The position numbers and the translations under genes were made by a program. A DNA stretch of 64,000 nt from Candidatus Saccharimonadales bacterium (GTDB taxonomy: Bacteria > Patescibacteriota > Saccharimonadia > Saccharimonadales > UBA10212): contig DATIHL010000011.1 of assembly GCA_035480715.1 (NCBI GenBank), forward strand, positions 14,722-78,721, in the 5' to 3' direction. The notes under the pieces are model-generated. The model saw only the letters and a program-made list of their open reading frames with translations. It was not told where the DNA came from and did no database searches. Shown here in pieces: positions 9,404 to 18,815 of this stretch. Each line of letters begins with the position of its first letter. Position 1 is the stretch's first letter.

Positions 9404-10426
9404 ATGGAGTATAGAAATCCGGAAATTCGGGACGCTGCTAAGCTGCTCAGGCAAAAGTTTGAGAAGCTCGAGGATAAACGGGCCATTTTGCGCGCGCCTG
9501 AACTTTTGGCCTTGTATGATCGAATAAAGACATTGCCTCAAGACAAACGAGCAGTCTTTGGTAAAGAAGTGAACGGTCTGAAAACCGAACTCGAGCAACT
9601 TGTAAAAGATTCTCTAAGTCCTAAACTCTCTGTCCTAAGTCCTATCGACGTTACCGCTCCTTTTGATGTTAATGTAGCGCCGCAAAATCGCCCGTCGCTT
9701 CTATTATCAGAGGTCGGTAGCCGACATCCCGTTATGACCGAGCTCGAAAACATTCTGGACATTTTTGCCCGTATGGGCTTTATGGCTGTGGAATCACGCG
9801 AGATTGACGATGATTACCATATGTTCGGCTCGCTCAACTTCCCTAAAGATCATCCAGCACGCGACGATTACGACACCTTCGTAACAGATGAAGGATTATT
9901 CGCACCAGCTCATACATCCATCATGCAAAACAGAGTAATGAAGGCTCAAAAACCACCGATCCGCGTGGTAATACCGGGTAGAGTTTTTCGAAATGAAGAT
10001 TTGGATGCCCGCCATGAGCACACCTTTTACCAACTTGAAGGTGTCTATATTGACGAAGGAATCAATGCCGGGCATTTGATAGCCACACTCAAAACTTTTT
10101 TGGAAGAATATTTCGCGCAAAAATTGGAAGTTAAAACTCAGCCATTTTACTTCCCGTTTACCGAGCCTAGCTTTGAATTTGCGTTGTCTTGCCCATTCTG
10201 CCAAAAGAAAGGCTGCAATGTTTGTAGCTATACCGGCTGGATTGAGCTGCTTGGCTGCGGCATGATCCACCCCAACGTCTTAAAAGAGGGCGGCATAAAT
10301 CCGCAAAAATACACCGGGTTTGCCTGGGGTATGGGCATCGAGCGCCTTGTAATGATGAAATACGACATCGAAGACATCCGCCACTTCGAATCCGGGAATT
10401 TAGCTTTCTTGAGGCAATTTTCATGA
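9404..10426 (+). CDS. pheS: Phenylalanine--tRNA ligase alpha subunit
   Basis: HPARD, HTS, GRVFRNE, FYQLEG, FPFTEPS, CPFC…CNVC, GMGIERL. Confidence 0.97.
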   Translation: MEYRNPEIRDAAKLLRQKFEKLEDKRAILRAPELLALYDRIKTLPQDKRAVFGKEVNGLKTELEQLVKDSLSPKLSVLSPIDVTAPFDVNVAPQNRPSLLLSEVGSRHPVMTELENILDIFARMGFMAVESREIDDDYHMFGSLNFPKDHPARDDYDTFVTDEGLFAPAHTSIMQNRVMKAQKPPIRVVIPGRVFRNEDLDARHEHTFYQLEGVYIDEGINAGHLIATLKTFLEEYFAQKLEVKTQPFYFPFTEPSFEFALSCPFCQKKGCNVCSYTGWIELLGCGMIHPNVLKEGGINPQKYTGFAWGMGIERLVMMKYDIEDIRHFESGNLAFLRQFS

Positions 10427-11001
10427 AAGAGGTTAGAGATAAAATACATCGAATTATGGCACCAAGGCTAGTTTTTTTGCTTGGCACTGTGTCGGAAGAT
10501 GGTGAAAGAAACATTATGCCGATTTCTAGTGTTACCTCTATTAGCACAGACCCTGGAATGGCCATCGTAGCTGTCTATAAAGAATGGCAAACTTGCAAAA
10601 ATCTCGAGACCGCCAACGGGTTTACACTATCCTTGGCCCCAAAAGAACAATTGGAGTTAGTGTGGAAGCTTGGCGGAAAATATTCAGGTTATCGATCTTC
10701 TATGAAAAAAGTTGAAGAATTTAAGAATAGCCTAGATTTTAATTTTTCTAAATACGGACCGGTTCTAAAGGGCGCTCTAGGTTGGATTGAATGCGAAGTT
10801 GTCGATCGTCCCAATGCCGGCAAGGGCAATCACTTGCTAGTAACCGGAAAATACACAAAAGCTATGATTGACGAAACAAAGTATACATCTGAAATTTTGC
10901 CTATAGGAGCACCAAAGCCATTAATGCAGTGGGCTCAAAACGCGTTCTCGACTCCTGACAATATTTTCGACATTCCATATTACGAGGGACCACGGATATG
11001 A
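10423..11001 (+). CDS. Flavin reductase-like (FMN-binding split barrel) protein
   Basis: PRLVFL, NIMPISS, S-DP, ALGWIECEV, GNHLLVTG. Overlaps pheS and pheT by ATGA at both junctions. Confidence 0.8.
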   Translation: MKEVRDKIHRIMAPRLVFLLGTVSEDGERNIMPISSVTSISTDPGMAIVAVYKEWQTCKNLETANGFTLSLAPKEQLELVWKLGGKYSGYRSSMKKVEEFKNSLDFNFSKYGPVLKGALGWIECEVVDRPNAGKGNHLLVTGKYTKAMIDETKYTSEILPIGAPKPLMQWAQNAFSTPDNIFDIPYYEGPRI

Positions 11002-13508
11002 AAGTCAGCGTTAATTGGATTAAAAGCATCAGCGAACAATACCAAAGCTCAGCTAATTTAATTCCGGATGATATAGACAAACTAGTTGAAAAAATCGGGG
11101 CGCAGCTAGGTGCTGTAGAAGAAGTCGTTGATTTGGGTAAGAAATACACAGGCATTATCGTAGTTAAAGTCATCTCATGCCAAAAGCACTCTAATGCCGA
11201 TAAATTGAACGTTTGTTTAGTAGATGATGGTCGGGTAAATAAAAAAGTTAAACGCAATAAGGACGGATTGATAGAAGTTGTCTGTGGAGCACCGAACGTT
11301 AAAGCTGGTATGCTAGCTGCCTGGATCCCCCCTGGTAATACGGTCCCCAGCACTTATGATAAAGAGCCACTTGTTCTGGAAGTCCGCGAGATTCGCGGCG
11401 TTGTAAGCAACGGTATGTTAGCCAGCCTCAAAGAACTAGCTATCGGTGACGATCACACCGGCATTTTAGAGATCGATAAGGTTGCTAAGCCCGGGGACAA
11501 CCTTGCTGAGCTATACCGTATGAACGATTACGTTATCGATATAGAAAATAAGATGTTTACTCATCGGCCAGATTGCTTTGGCATGCTGGGTATTGCCCGC
11601 GAACTAGCTGGTATTCAAGGGCTGATGTTCAAGAGTCCTGATTGGTATCGGGCTGATGCTGATGTGCCTGCGTCCAGAGCGCGTGATGATCATAAATTGA
11701 TCGTCAAAAATGAAGTCCCCAAACTAGTGCCAAGTTTTTGCGCCTTGGTAATTAAAGACGTCAAAGTTGAACCAAGCCCTGTCTGGCTACGAGCTAGTTT
11801 GAGTCGAGTCGGTGTGAAATCCATAAATAACATCGTTGATTTAACCAACTTCTATATGTATCTAACAGCCCAACCACTGCATGCTTACGACTACGACAAA
11901 GTTAAAACCGGTATTTTAGGTGTCAGGCTGAGCAAGAAAGGCGAGCAGCTGAAACTGCTGGGCGGTAAAGAGATTAAGTTGGATGAGGGCGCGGTCGTTA
12001 TAACTGACGGCAGTAGGCCAATTGGTTTGGGTGGCATAATGGGTGGCGCCAATACCGAAGTTGATGAAAACACCAAAACTATTATTTTAGAATGCGCTAA
12101 TTTTGACATGAACCAGACACGTAAAACAGCGATGGAATATGGTTTGTTTACCGATGCGGCAACTCGGTTCACTAAAAACCAGAGCCCGCGCCAAAACCGA
12201 ACTGTAATCGCCAAGGCCGCTGACGACATACTGAGGATTGCTGGCGGTCGGGTGAGCGGCAAATTGATTGATGACAAGCACTTTAGCTCGAAGGACCAAG
12301 TTATAGAGGTCTCAACCGAATTTATAAATAGTCGACTAGGCCTAAATCTATCAGCTGCTCAAATTAAAAAGCTTTTAGAGAATGTTGAGTTTGCTGTAAA
12401 AAATACCGGCGGTAAATTGTTGGTTTTAGCGCCATTTTGGCGAACCGACATAGAAATTCCTGAAGACATAGTCGAAGAAGTCGGGCGTTTGTATGGTTAC
12501 GATCATCTGCCAGTAGAACTGCCTCCGCGCGATCTAAAGCCTGCTAAGCTCGATCCACTGCTAGCATTCAAATCGCAGTTGCGAGACATCCTCTCAGCGG
12601 CCGGCGCTAACGAAGTACTAACCTATAGCTTTGTTCATGAATCACTGTTGCAAAAAGTCGGCCAGGACCCAAAGGTCGCTTACCATATCCGTAACGCCCT
12701 AAGCCCAGACCTTCAGTATTACCGCCTTAGCCTAACACCGAGTTTATTGGAAAAAGGCCATCCTAATATCAAGGCCGGTTTCGATGAGTTTGCAATTTTT
12801 GAAATCAATAAAGCTCACAATCAGATGATGAAAGATGAGCAAGAAAAAGATTTGCCTAAAGAATTCGAGATGCTGTCGTTTGTATTTGCATCCAACAGCA
12901 AATCTCTTAAACAAAATGGTGCTCCAGTCTATCAAGCCCGCATTTTTTTGGATTATCTGGCGAAGAAGCTAGGCATAGAGCTGGAGTATAAGCCCATCGC
13001 AAAAGAAGAGGATTATCAAGTGGTCAAGCCATTCGACCATAAACGATCCGCTCAGGTATGGGCACATAAGACCCCGCTTGGCATGATAGGGGAATATAAA
13101 CAATCAGTAATGGCCAACCTAAAGTTACCGCAATATTCTGCCGGCTTCGAAATCGGCATCAAAGAGTTATTAGCTGTAGTACCGCCGCATATCATCTATC
13201 GGCCTCTCAACCGCTTTCCGAGCTTGGATCAAGACTTTTGTCTACGATCAGCAACAAACTTTACCTATTCCGAATTAACGAAATTTATGACGGACCAGCT
13301 ATTCAGGGTAACCAAAGAACACGGCTACGGTTATACGATATCGCCTCTCGATATTTTCCAGCGGCCTGAGGATAAGGAACATAAGCAAACTACGTGGCGA
13401 ATTACTTTATGGCACCCCGAACGGACCTTAACTACCGAAGAAGTTAATAAATTACTTGATAAAATAGCAGGAGAGGCAGCTAAAAAACTCAATGCAGAAA
13501 GGATATAG
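10998..13508 (+). CDS. pheT: Phenylalanine--tRNA ligase beta subunit
   Basis: HSNADKL, VCGAPN, RGVVSNGML, QPLHAYD, EDIVEEVGRLYGY, C-terminal FDX-ACB domain. Confidence 0.97.
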   Translation: MKVSVNWIKSISEQYQSSANLIPDDIDKLVEKIGAQLGAVEEVVDLGKKYTGIIVVKVISCQKHSNADKLNVCLVDDGRVNKKVKRNKDGLIEVVCGAPNVKAGMLAAWIPPGNTVPSTYDKEPLVLEVREIRGVVSNGMLASLKELAIGDDHTGILEIDKVAKPGDNLAELYRMNDYVIDIENKMFTHRPDCFGMLGIARELAGIQGLMFKSPDWYRADADVPASRARDDHKLIVKNEVPKLVPSFCALVIKDVKVEPSPVWLRASLSRVGVKSINNIVDLTNFYMYLTAQPLHAYDYDKVKTGILGVRLSKKGEQLKLLGGKEIKLDEGAVVITDGSRPIGLGGIMGGANTEVDENTKTIILECANFDMNQTRKTAMEYGLFTDAATRFTKNQSPRQNRTVIAKAADDILRIAGGRVSGKLIDDKHFSSKDQVIEVSTEFINSRLGLNLSAAQIKKLLENVEFAVKNTGGKLLVLAPFWRTDIEIPEDIVEEVGRLYGYDHLPVELPPRDLKPAKLDPLLAFKSQLRDILSAAGANEVLTYSFVHESLLQKVGQDPKVAYHIRNALSPDLQYYRLSLTPSLLEKGHPNIKAGFDEFAIFEINKAHNQMMKDEQEKDLPKEFEMLSFVFASNSKSLKQNGAPVYQARIFLDYLAKKLGIELEYKPIAKEEDYQVVKPFDHKRSAQVWAHKTPLGMIGEYKQSVMANLKLPQYSAGFEIGIKELLAVVPPHIIYRPLNRFPSLDQDFCLRSATNFTYSELTKFMTDQLFRVTKEHGYGYTISPLDIFQRPEDKEHKQTTWRITLWHPERTLTTEEVNKLLDKIAGEAAKKLNAERI

Positions 13509-14051
13509 ATGGACAAACCGAAAACCAGAAAAGAGAAAATTAAGAGCGGCTTGCGGCGGGCAATGTGGCTTTTCATGGCCCTGCTGTTTGTGGTTACAGG
13601 ATTAGGCGTGGGAATATACGCTTTTTGGCAAGGTACCCATCAGCCCAAAGACAACTCTAGCCAATCTCAGGACACGAGCAAGTTAAAAGGCAAGCCTCTG
13701 GCTGGTTTTACTCCTATTGCCCATGTGGATGGCTTGCAAAAGATCGACCAGAAAGCTGGCACGGGTGCGATTGCTAAAGCCAGTTCGACTGTAACAGTTA
13801 TATACACAGGAGCCGTGGCAGCGACTGGTATCGTTTTTGAAAGTTCGGCGGATACTGGGCAACCCGCCACCTTTAAGCTAAACCAAGTCATTAAAGGCTG
13901 GCAAGATGGCCTGCCGGGTATGACGGTTGGCGGCCAAAGACGCCTTCTAATCCCTGCTGCTGACGCTTATGGCGCTAACCCACCCGCAGGCAGCGGAATA
14001 CCGCCTAACGCTGATTTAGTTTTTGATATAACTCTCCTAAACGTCCAATAG
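13509..14051 (+). CDS. Membrane-anchored FKBP-type peptidyl-prolyl isomerase
   Basis: N-terminal TM; VIKGWQDGL, GGQRRLLIP, AYG, IPPNADLVFDI. Confidence 0.93.
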   Translation: MDKPKTRKEKIKSGLRRAMWLFMALLFVVTGLGVGIYAFWQGTHQPKDNSSQSQDTSKLKGKPLAGFTPIAHVDGLQKIDQKAGTGAIAKASSTVTVIYTGAVAATGIVFESSADTGQPATFKLNQVIKGWQDGLPGMTVGGQRRLLIPAADAYGANPPAGSGIPPNADLVFDITLLNVQ

Positions 14052-14070
14052 TGTCTAAGTGGTGACAAAA

Positions 14071-14086
14071 ACACTACATGTAGTGG
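14071..14086. promoter_or_regulatory. NrdR box (ACACTACATGTAGTGG)
   Basis: Matches the palindromic NrdR consensus acaCwAtATaTwGtg and abuts the -35 of an NrdH-like gene. Confidence 0.7.
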
Positions 14087-14088
14087 TA

Positions 14089-14117
14089 TTGACGCCGCTT
14101 GGTACACAAGCTATATT
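14089..14117 (+). promoter_or_regulatory. Sigma70-type promoter TTGACG-N17-TATATT
   Basis: Near-consensus hexamers with 17-bp spacing; AGGAGG SD before the ATG at 14170. Confidence 0.7.
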
Positions 14118-14169
14118 AGTTAAGCGAGAGCTTAAGTTTAAAACCCAAACAACAAAAAGGAGGGGTTAA

Positions 14170-14418
14170 ATGACTAAAAATATCACTATTTTTACTACTA
14201 ACACCTGTGCCTACTGCGGCATGGTTAAGAAATTCCTGGATATGAAAGGAATGCCTTACGAGGTAGTAAATTTGGACGAGCACCCCGATCGTCAAGAAGA
14301 AGTTTTGCGAATGAGCGGCGCCCTAACCGTGCCCATTACGGTGGTTACTAAACAGGACGACTCCAAACAAGTTGTGGTCGGATACAACTTATCCCAACTA
14401 GCCCCAGCAGTAGCTTAA
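14170..14418 (+). CDS. Glutaredoxin-like protein (NrdH family)
   Basis: CAYC active site, TVP cis-Pro motif, VVGYN; upstream NrdR box; trxB downstream. Confidence 0.88.
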   Translation: MTKNITIFTTNTCAYCGMVKKFLDMKGMPYEVVNLDEHPDRQEEVLRMSGALTVPITVVTKQDDSKQVVVGYNLSQLAPAVA

Positions 14419-14539
14419 AATCGCTCGCTCCCTTACTCTCCAGCACGCTCGAAAACGTGATGTCACTCGGCCAAGCAGTTCGAGCTCTCTCAGTTTTCTC
14501 GCATGTGCTGCCAAGCAATAAGCTTCGTTTATTCGATTT
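14418..14539. repeat. Long irregular intergenic hairpin (REP/MITE-like or structured RNA)
   Basis: Nested complementary arms AAATCG/CGATTT, CAGCAC/GTGCTG, GAAAAC/GTTTTC, CTCG/CGAG. Confidence 0.5.
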
Positions 14540-14598
14540 GGTTAATGATTAATTGTAAATGTAGAATGGTAGATAAACCGTGAAGTGGAAAATGGTAA

Positions 14599-15600
14599 AT
14601 GGAAAATAGTAGAGGTAGCAAGCAAAATCCTCATGATCTGGTAATTATCGGTGCCGGGCCGGCCGCGCTGAGTGCTGCTGTTTATACCTGCCGCGAGGAT
14701 ATTGACACAGTTTTATTCGAAAAAGGCGCTATTGGCGGACTGGCCGCAGTAACTGATTGGGTTGATAACTATCCTGGATTTGCTAAGGGAATAGCCGGCC
14801 TAGAGCTATCGCAAGCTATGCAGGACCAGGCTGAGCGCTTTGGAGCCAAAATTGAGCTAGGTGAAGTGCAAAAACTTGAGGTCGAAGGTGATTTAAAAAA
14901 GCTCGCAACTACCGGTGGCGATATTTATACTAAGGCGGTGCTTATTGCTACAGGCAGTGAATATCGCCAAATCGGGGTGCCCGGCGAGAAAGAATATTAC
15001 GCCCGCGGCGTGCACTACTGCGCGACTTGCGACGGCGCTTTTTACCGCGATAAAAAACTGGTTGTTGTAGGAGGCGGTAATTCGGCGACTCAGGAATCGA
15101 TATTTTTGACCAAATTCGCCAGCCATATTGATATGTTGGTACGCGGTGACAAATTGCGTGCCAGCGATGTTTTAGTTCGTGAGCTAGAGCAACATAAAGA
15201 TAAAATTACCATTCATTTCAATACAACTACCGATGAAATTGTTGGTCAAGATAATAAAGTAGTGAAAGTCGTCGGGACAGATAAAATTAGCGGTCAAAAG
15301 GTTGAATTCCCGACTGATGGCGTGTTTGTATTTGTTGGCTTAGATCCCAATACCAAGTTCCTAGAAGGAAGTGGAGTTGAGCTTGACGAGCGCAGTTTTG
15401 TTAAATCAGGGCAAAATCTTATGACCAATATTCCAGGCGTGTTTGTGGCCGGTGATGTTAGATCAGGTGCCACGCTACAAATTGCCAGCGCGTCTGGCGA
15501 AGGTGCTACAGCGGCTCTGATGATTCGAGAGTATCTGGAATCACTTAAGCGCGGCCCGATGTCTGAAGCAGTAATCGGTCACCCGCAACTGTACGCCTAA
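14599..15600 (+). CDS. trxB: Thioredoxin reductase
   Basis: GAGPAA, CATCDG, GGGNSA, VFVAGDV. Confidence 0.95.
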   Translation: MENSRGSKQNPHDLVIIGAGPAALSAAVYTCREDIDTVLFEKGAIGGLAAVTDWVDNYPGFAKGIAGLELSQAMQDQAERFGAKIELGEVQKLEVEGDLKKLATTGGDIYTKAVLIATGSEYRQIGVPGEKEYYARGVHYCATCDGAFYRDKKLVVVGGGNSATQESIFLTKFASHIDMLVRGDKLRASDVLVRELEQHKDKITIHFNTTTDEIVGQDNKVVKVVGTDKISGQKVEFPTDGVFVFVGLDPNTKFLEGSGVELDERSFVKSGQNLMTNIPGVFVAGDVRSGATLQIASASGEGATAALMIREYLESLKRGPMSEAVIGHPQLYA

Positions 15601-15664
15601 TTCTTAACTGACGGACAACCTAGATAGTGGTATTATTAGGGCGTCTAATTCAAGGAGGTGCGCT

Positions 15665-16102
15665 ATGAGGAGACTTATAGGGGCGTTAATTATTATCATT
15701 ATTATCGTTGCGGCTATAATAGCTATTGCTGCTGGGGGGAATAACAATAATAAACCGACGACTACCCAGCCCAACGCCAATCCCAGCCAGAATGCGAATA
15801 ATACAAACACTACACCAACAAGTACAAGTCCCAGCCAAACGCCGGCGTCAACTAGCAAGGTTAGTATTGCCGATATGGCTTTTTCGCCAGCAACTTTAAC
15901 TGTAAAAAAAGGCACTACTGTTACCTGGACCAATAACGACAACACAGCTCACACTGTAACTGCCGATTCGGGCACTGGACCGGCTAGCGGGACCCTCAAC
16001 CCGGGTCAGACATATGACTTTACTTTTAACAGCGTAGGTACATTTAATTACCACTGCTCAATCCATCCCACGATGCACGGTACCGCAACAGTCACTGAGT
16101 AA
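15665..16102 (+). CDS. Membrane-anchored cupredoxin (plastocyanin/azurin-like blue copper protein)
   Basis: TM anchor and N/T/P/S-rich linker; AFSPATLTV, WTN-D-AHTVT, YHCSIHPTM carry the type-1 Cu ligands; AGGAGG SD. Confidence 0.9.
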   Translation: MRRLIGALIIIIIIVAAIIAIAAGGNNNNKPTTTQPNANPSQNANNTNTTPTSTSPSQTPASTSKVSIADMAFSPATLTVKKGTTVTWTNNDNTAHTVTADSGTGPASGTLNPGQTYDFTFNSVGTFNYHCSIHPTMHGTATVTE

Positions 16103-16161
16103 AATTTTTCTAAAAATCCTTCCAGGCTGTACAATATGCTTGAGTATATGAAGGAGTTAAA

Positions 16162-16701
16162 ATGATACACCAGCCTGTTAGTCCGGGAAAAAATCTACCG
16201 GACGAAGTGAATTTGATTATCGAAATACAACGCGGCGGCGGTCGCAACAAGTACGAATTCGATAAGGAAACCGGTCGCCTAACTCTCGACAGAGTAAACG
16301 GTACGACTGCTACATATCCCACGGATTATGGCTATATACCAGGCACGTTATGCGAGGATGGCGATCCGCTGGACGCATTGCTCTTAATTGATGAGCCAGT
16401 TGTGCATGGTGCCGTAGTGCCCGCGCGACCGATCGGGATCCTTTATATGATCGACGAAGACGAAGGCGATGAAAAACTGATATGCGTTCCGGTCAATGAT
16501 ATCAGCAAGGATCATCTCCACGAGTTGGCTGACTTATCTGATCAGGGTAAGAATTTCCAAAAAGTCGTCGAACAATTCTACACCCACTATAAAGACTGGA
16601 AGAATAACTGGCAGGGTGTGAAAATAGAATTCAAAGGCTGGGGCAACGCCGCCGAAGCCAAAAAGGTTATCCAGGAGTCTATCGCCAGGGCGTCGCAATA
16701 A
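16162..16701 (+). CDS. ppa: Inorganic pyrophosphatase (family I)
   Basis: NKYEFD, YGYIPGT, DGDPLD, DEKL. Confidence 0.95.
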   Translation: MIHQPVSPGKNLPDEVNLIIEIQRGGGRNKYEFDKETGRLTLDRVNGTTATYPTDYGYIPGTLCEDGDPLDALLLIDEPVVHGAVVPARPIGILYMIDEDEGDEKLICVPVNDISKDHLHELADLSDQGKNFQKVVEQFYTHYKDWKNNWQGVKIEFKGWGNAAEAKKVIQESIARASQ

Positions 16702-16770
16702 ATTAGTAAAATTGATTGCACTGGGGGAAGTGACCTCGTACAATAAGGTTATGTTTAAAATGGTGGGGAA

Positions 16771-18207
16771 ATGAAAACTAAAATTGCTATAAACGGATTC
16801 GGACGGATTGGCCGCAATGCTTTTAAAATTGCTTATGAGCGATCGGATTTGGAAATCGTAGCAATCAACGACTTAACAGACACCAAAACCCTAGCTCATC
16901 TTTTAAAACACGATAGTAACTACGGTGCCTATCAGCATGAAGTCAGTTTTGACGAAACTAATCTGATAGTTGAAGGCCAGAAAATTAAAGTACTCTCCGA
17001 GAAAGATCCAGCAAAACTACCATGGGGCGATCTGGGCGTACAGGTTGTTATTGAATCAACCGGTTTTTTTGTCGATCCAGCTAAAGCCAAAGCCCACATC
17101 GAGGCCGGCGCCAAAAAGGTTATTATCAGCGCACCGGCCAAAGGCGAGGGCGCAGAGACTATAGTAATCGGAGTTAATGAAGACAAAGCTGCCGAAGCCG
17201 GCGAGATTATAAGCAACGCTTCATGTACGACTAACTGCATAACGCCTGTCATGGGTGTACTAGAAGCTAATTTCGGTATCGAAAAAGCCATGATGACGAC
17301 TGTTCACAGCTATACGGCCAGCCAAGTTTTACAGGATGGCCCGGCTAAGGATTTAAGAGAGGCACGCAGCGCGGCCATAAACATAGTACCGACCACTACC
17401 GGCGCCAGTATAGCGGCGGCAAAGGCACTGCCAGCGCTTGAAGGTATCTTTGGCGGCATGAGTGTTCGTGTGCCGACTCCGGTGGTTTCTTTGAGCGATT
17501 TTGTGGTTGTCACAAAAAAGACTGTAACGGTTGATGAAGTCAACGAAGCGTTTAAAAAAGCCGCAGCCGATCCGTACTACCAGGGGATTTTGGATATAAC
17601 AGAAGATGAACTGGTTAGCAGCGATTTTATAGGCAACAGCCATTCAGCCATAGTTGATTTAAAACTTACAGCAGTTGTTGGCGGCAATTTACTGAAAGTC
17701 GTGGCCTGGTATGACAATGAGTGGGGTTATAGCAATCGATTGGTCGAACTTACGGCCGATGTTGGTCAACTATTGAACTCGGATGGACAATCCAATGACA
17801 CTAGTAGCCGAAAACCCGATGACCCAGTGCCTTCGACAGCACCGAAGTTACCTGACGACGATGATTCAAAGACTCCCGCTAATTCGAGCGACAATGATAA
17901 AGCCGACGAAGATTACAAAAAAGACGAAAAACCCAAATTTTCTATTCCAGTCGACGAGCCTTTAGTAGAGGAACCTGATTCCGCGCATGAGGATCTTTTA
18001 GAGGCTCCTAAACTAGAATCATTAGACCACCAACCTCAAGAAGATAAGGACGACAGGGCAGCAGGTGGAGATAATGCTCAAGGAGCGGCTTATATAATCA
18101 GCGGCGAAAAAGACTCAGTTAAAGCTGAAGATCATCCGACTAGTGATATTCCTACACCAAAACTGCCACCCGATGCCACAAACATCGATGGCATCCGTCA
18201 TTTTTAA
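16771..18207 (+). CDS. gap: Type I glyceraldehyde-3-phosphate dehydrogenase with ~140-aa acidic C-terminal extension
   Basis: INGFGRIGR, ASCTTNC, WYDNEWGYS; frame continues as a D/E/P-rich tail. Confidence 0.96.
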   Translation: MKTKIAINGFGRIGRNAFKIAYERSDLEIVAINDLTDTKTLAHLLKHDSNYGAYQHEVSFDETNLIVEGQKIKVLSEKDPAKLPWGDLGVQVVIESTGFFVDPAKAKAHIEAGAKKVIISAPAKGEGAETIVIGVNEDKAAEAGEIISNASCTTNCITPVMGVLEANFGIEKAMMTTVHSYTASQVLQDGPAKDLREARSAAINIVPTTTGASIAAAKALPALEGIFGGMSVRVPTPVVSLSDFVVVTKKTVTVDEVNEAFKKAAADPYYQGILDITEDELVSSDFIGNSHSAIVDLKLTAVVGGNLLKVVAWYDNEWGYSNRLVELTADVGQLLNSDGQSNDTSSRKPDDPVPSTAPKLPDDDDSKTPANSSDNDKADEDYKKDEKPKFSIPVDEPLVEEPDSAHEDLLEAPKLESLDHQPQEDKDDRAAGGDNAQGAAYIISGEKDSVKAEDHPTSDIPTPKLPPDATNIDGIRHF

Positions 18208-18280
18208 CGCCTTCGGCTTATGAGACAAACTGCGTTTTTCTCATCGCGCCGGGCGCGGAATGAATCCGCTGCTCGGGCTG
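18208..18280. repeat. Cluster of intergenic hairpins (REP-like) after gap
   Basis: GCC-TTC-GGC; ATGAGA-CAAACTGCGTTTT-TCTCAT; CCGGGCGCGGA-ATGAA-TCCGCTGCTCGG. Confidence 0.45.
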
Positions 18281-18314
18281 CTCTTTTCCTAAGTAACAGT
18301 GGATGTAGATAGAA

Positions 18315-18815
18315 ATGAAAATAGCACTAGCTACTGATCACGCCGGCTATGAGCAGCTTAAAGAGTTGTCTGCCTATCTGGAATCTTCGGGACATGACAT
18401 TAAAAATTTTGGTCCGACATCATTAAAACCAGATGATGACTATCCAGACTTTATATTGCCAGCTGCGAAGTCCGTTGCAACCGGCGAGTGCGATCGGGGA
18501 ATTATATTAGGCGGTTCGGGTGAAGGCGAAGCTATGGCTGCCAATAAAATAAAAGGTATAAGATGCGCGGTGTTTTATGGCCCGGCTGTGCCCAGGCGTG
18601 TGATAGATGCTGGCGGGCGAACCAGTCATGACCCGTACGAGATTATCCGCTTGAGTAGGCAACATAATGATTCAAATATGCTGAGTTTGGCTGCCCGCTT
18701 TGTAGCTCTATCAGACATGAAGCAGGTTATCAAACTTTGGCTCGAGACACCCTTTAGTGACGAAGAACGACACAAGCGCCGCCTAGGTAAAATTAATAAA
18801 TTAGGAAGCCTGTAG
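18315..18815 (+). CDS. rpiB: Ribose-5-phosphate isomerase B
   Basis: ATDHAG, DDDYPD, GGSGEG, ANKIKGIR, RQHNDSN, RHKRR. Confidence 0.93.
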   Translation: MKIALATDHAGYEQLKELSAYLESSGHDIKNFGPTSLKPDDDYPDFILPAAKSVATGECDRGIILGGSGEGEAMAANKIKGIRCAVFYGPAVPRRVIDAGGRTSHDPYEIIRLSRQHNDSNMLSLAARFVALSDMKQVIKLWLETPFSDEERHKRRLGKINKLGSL

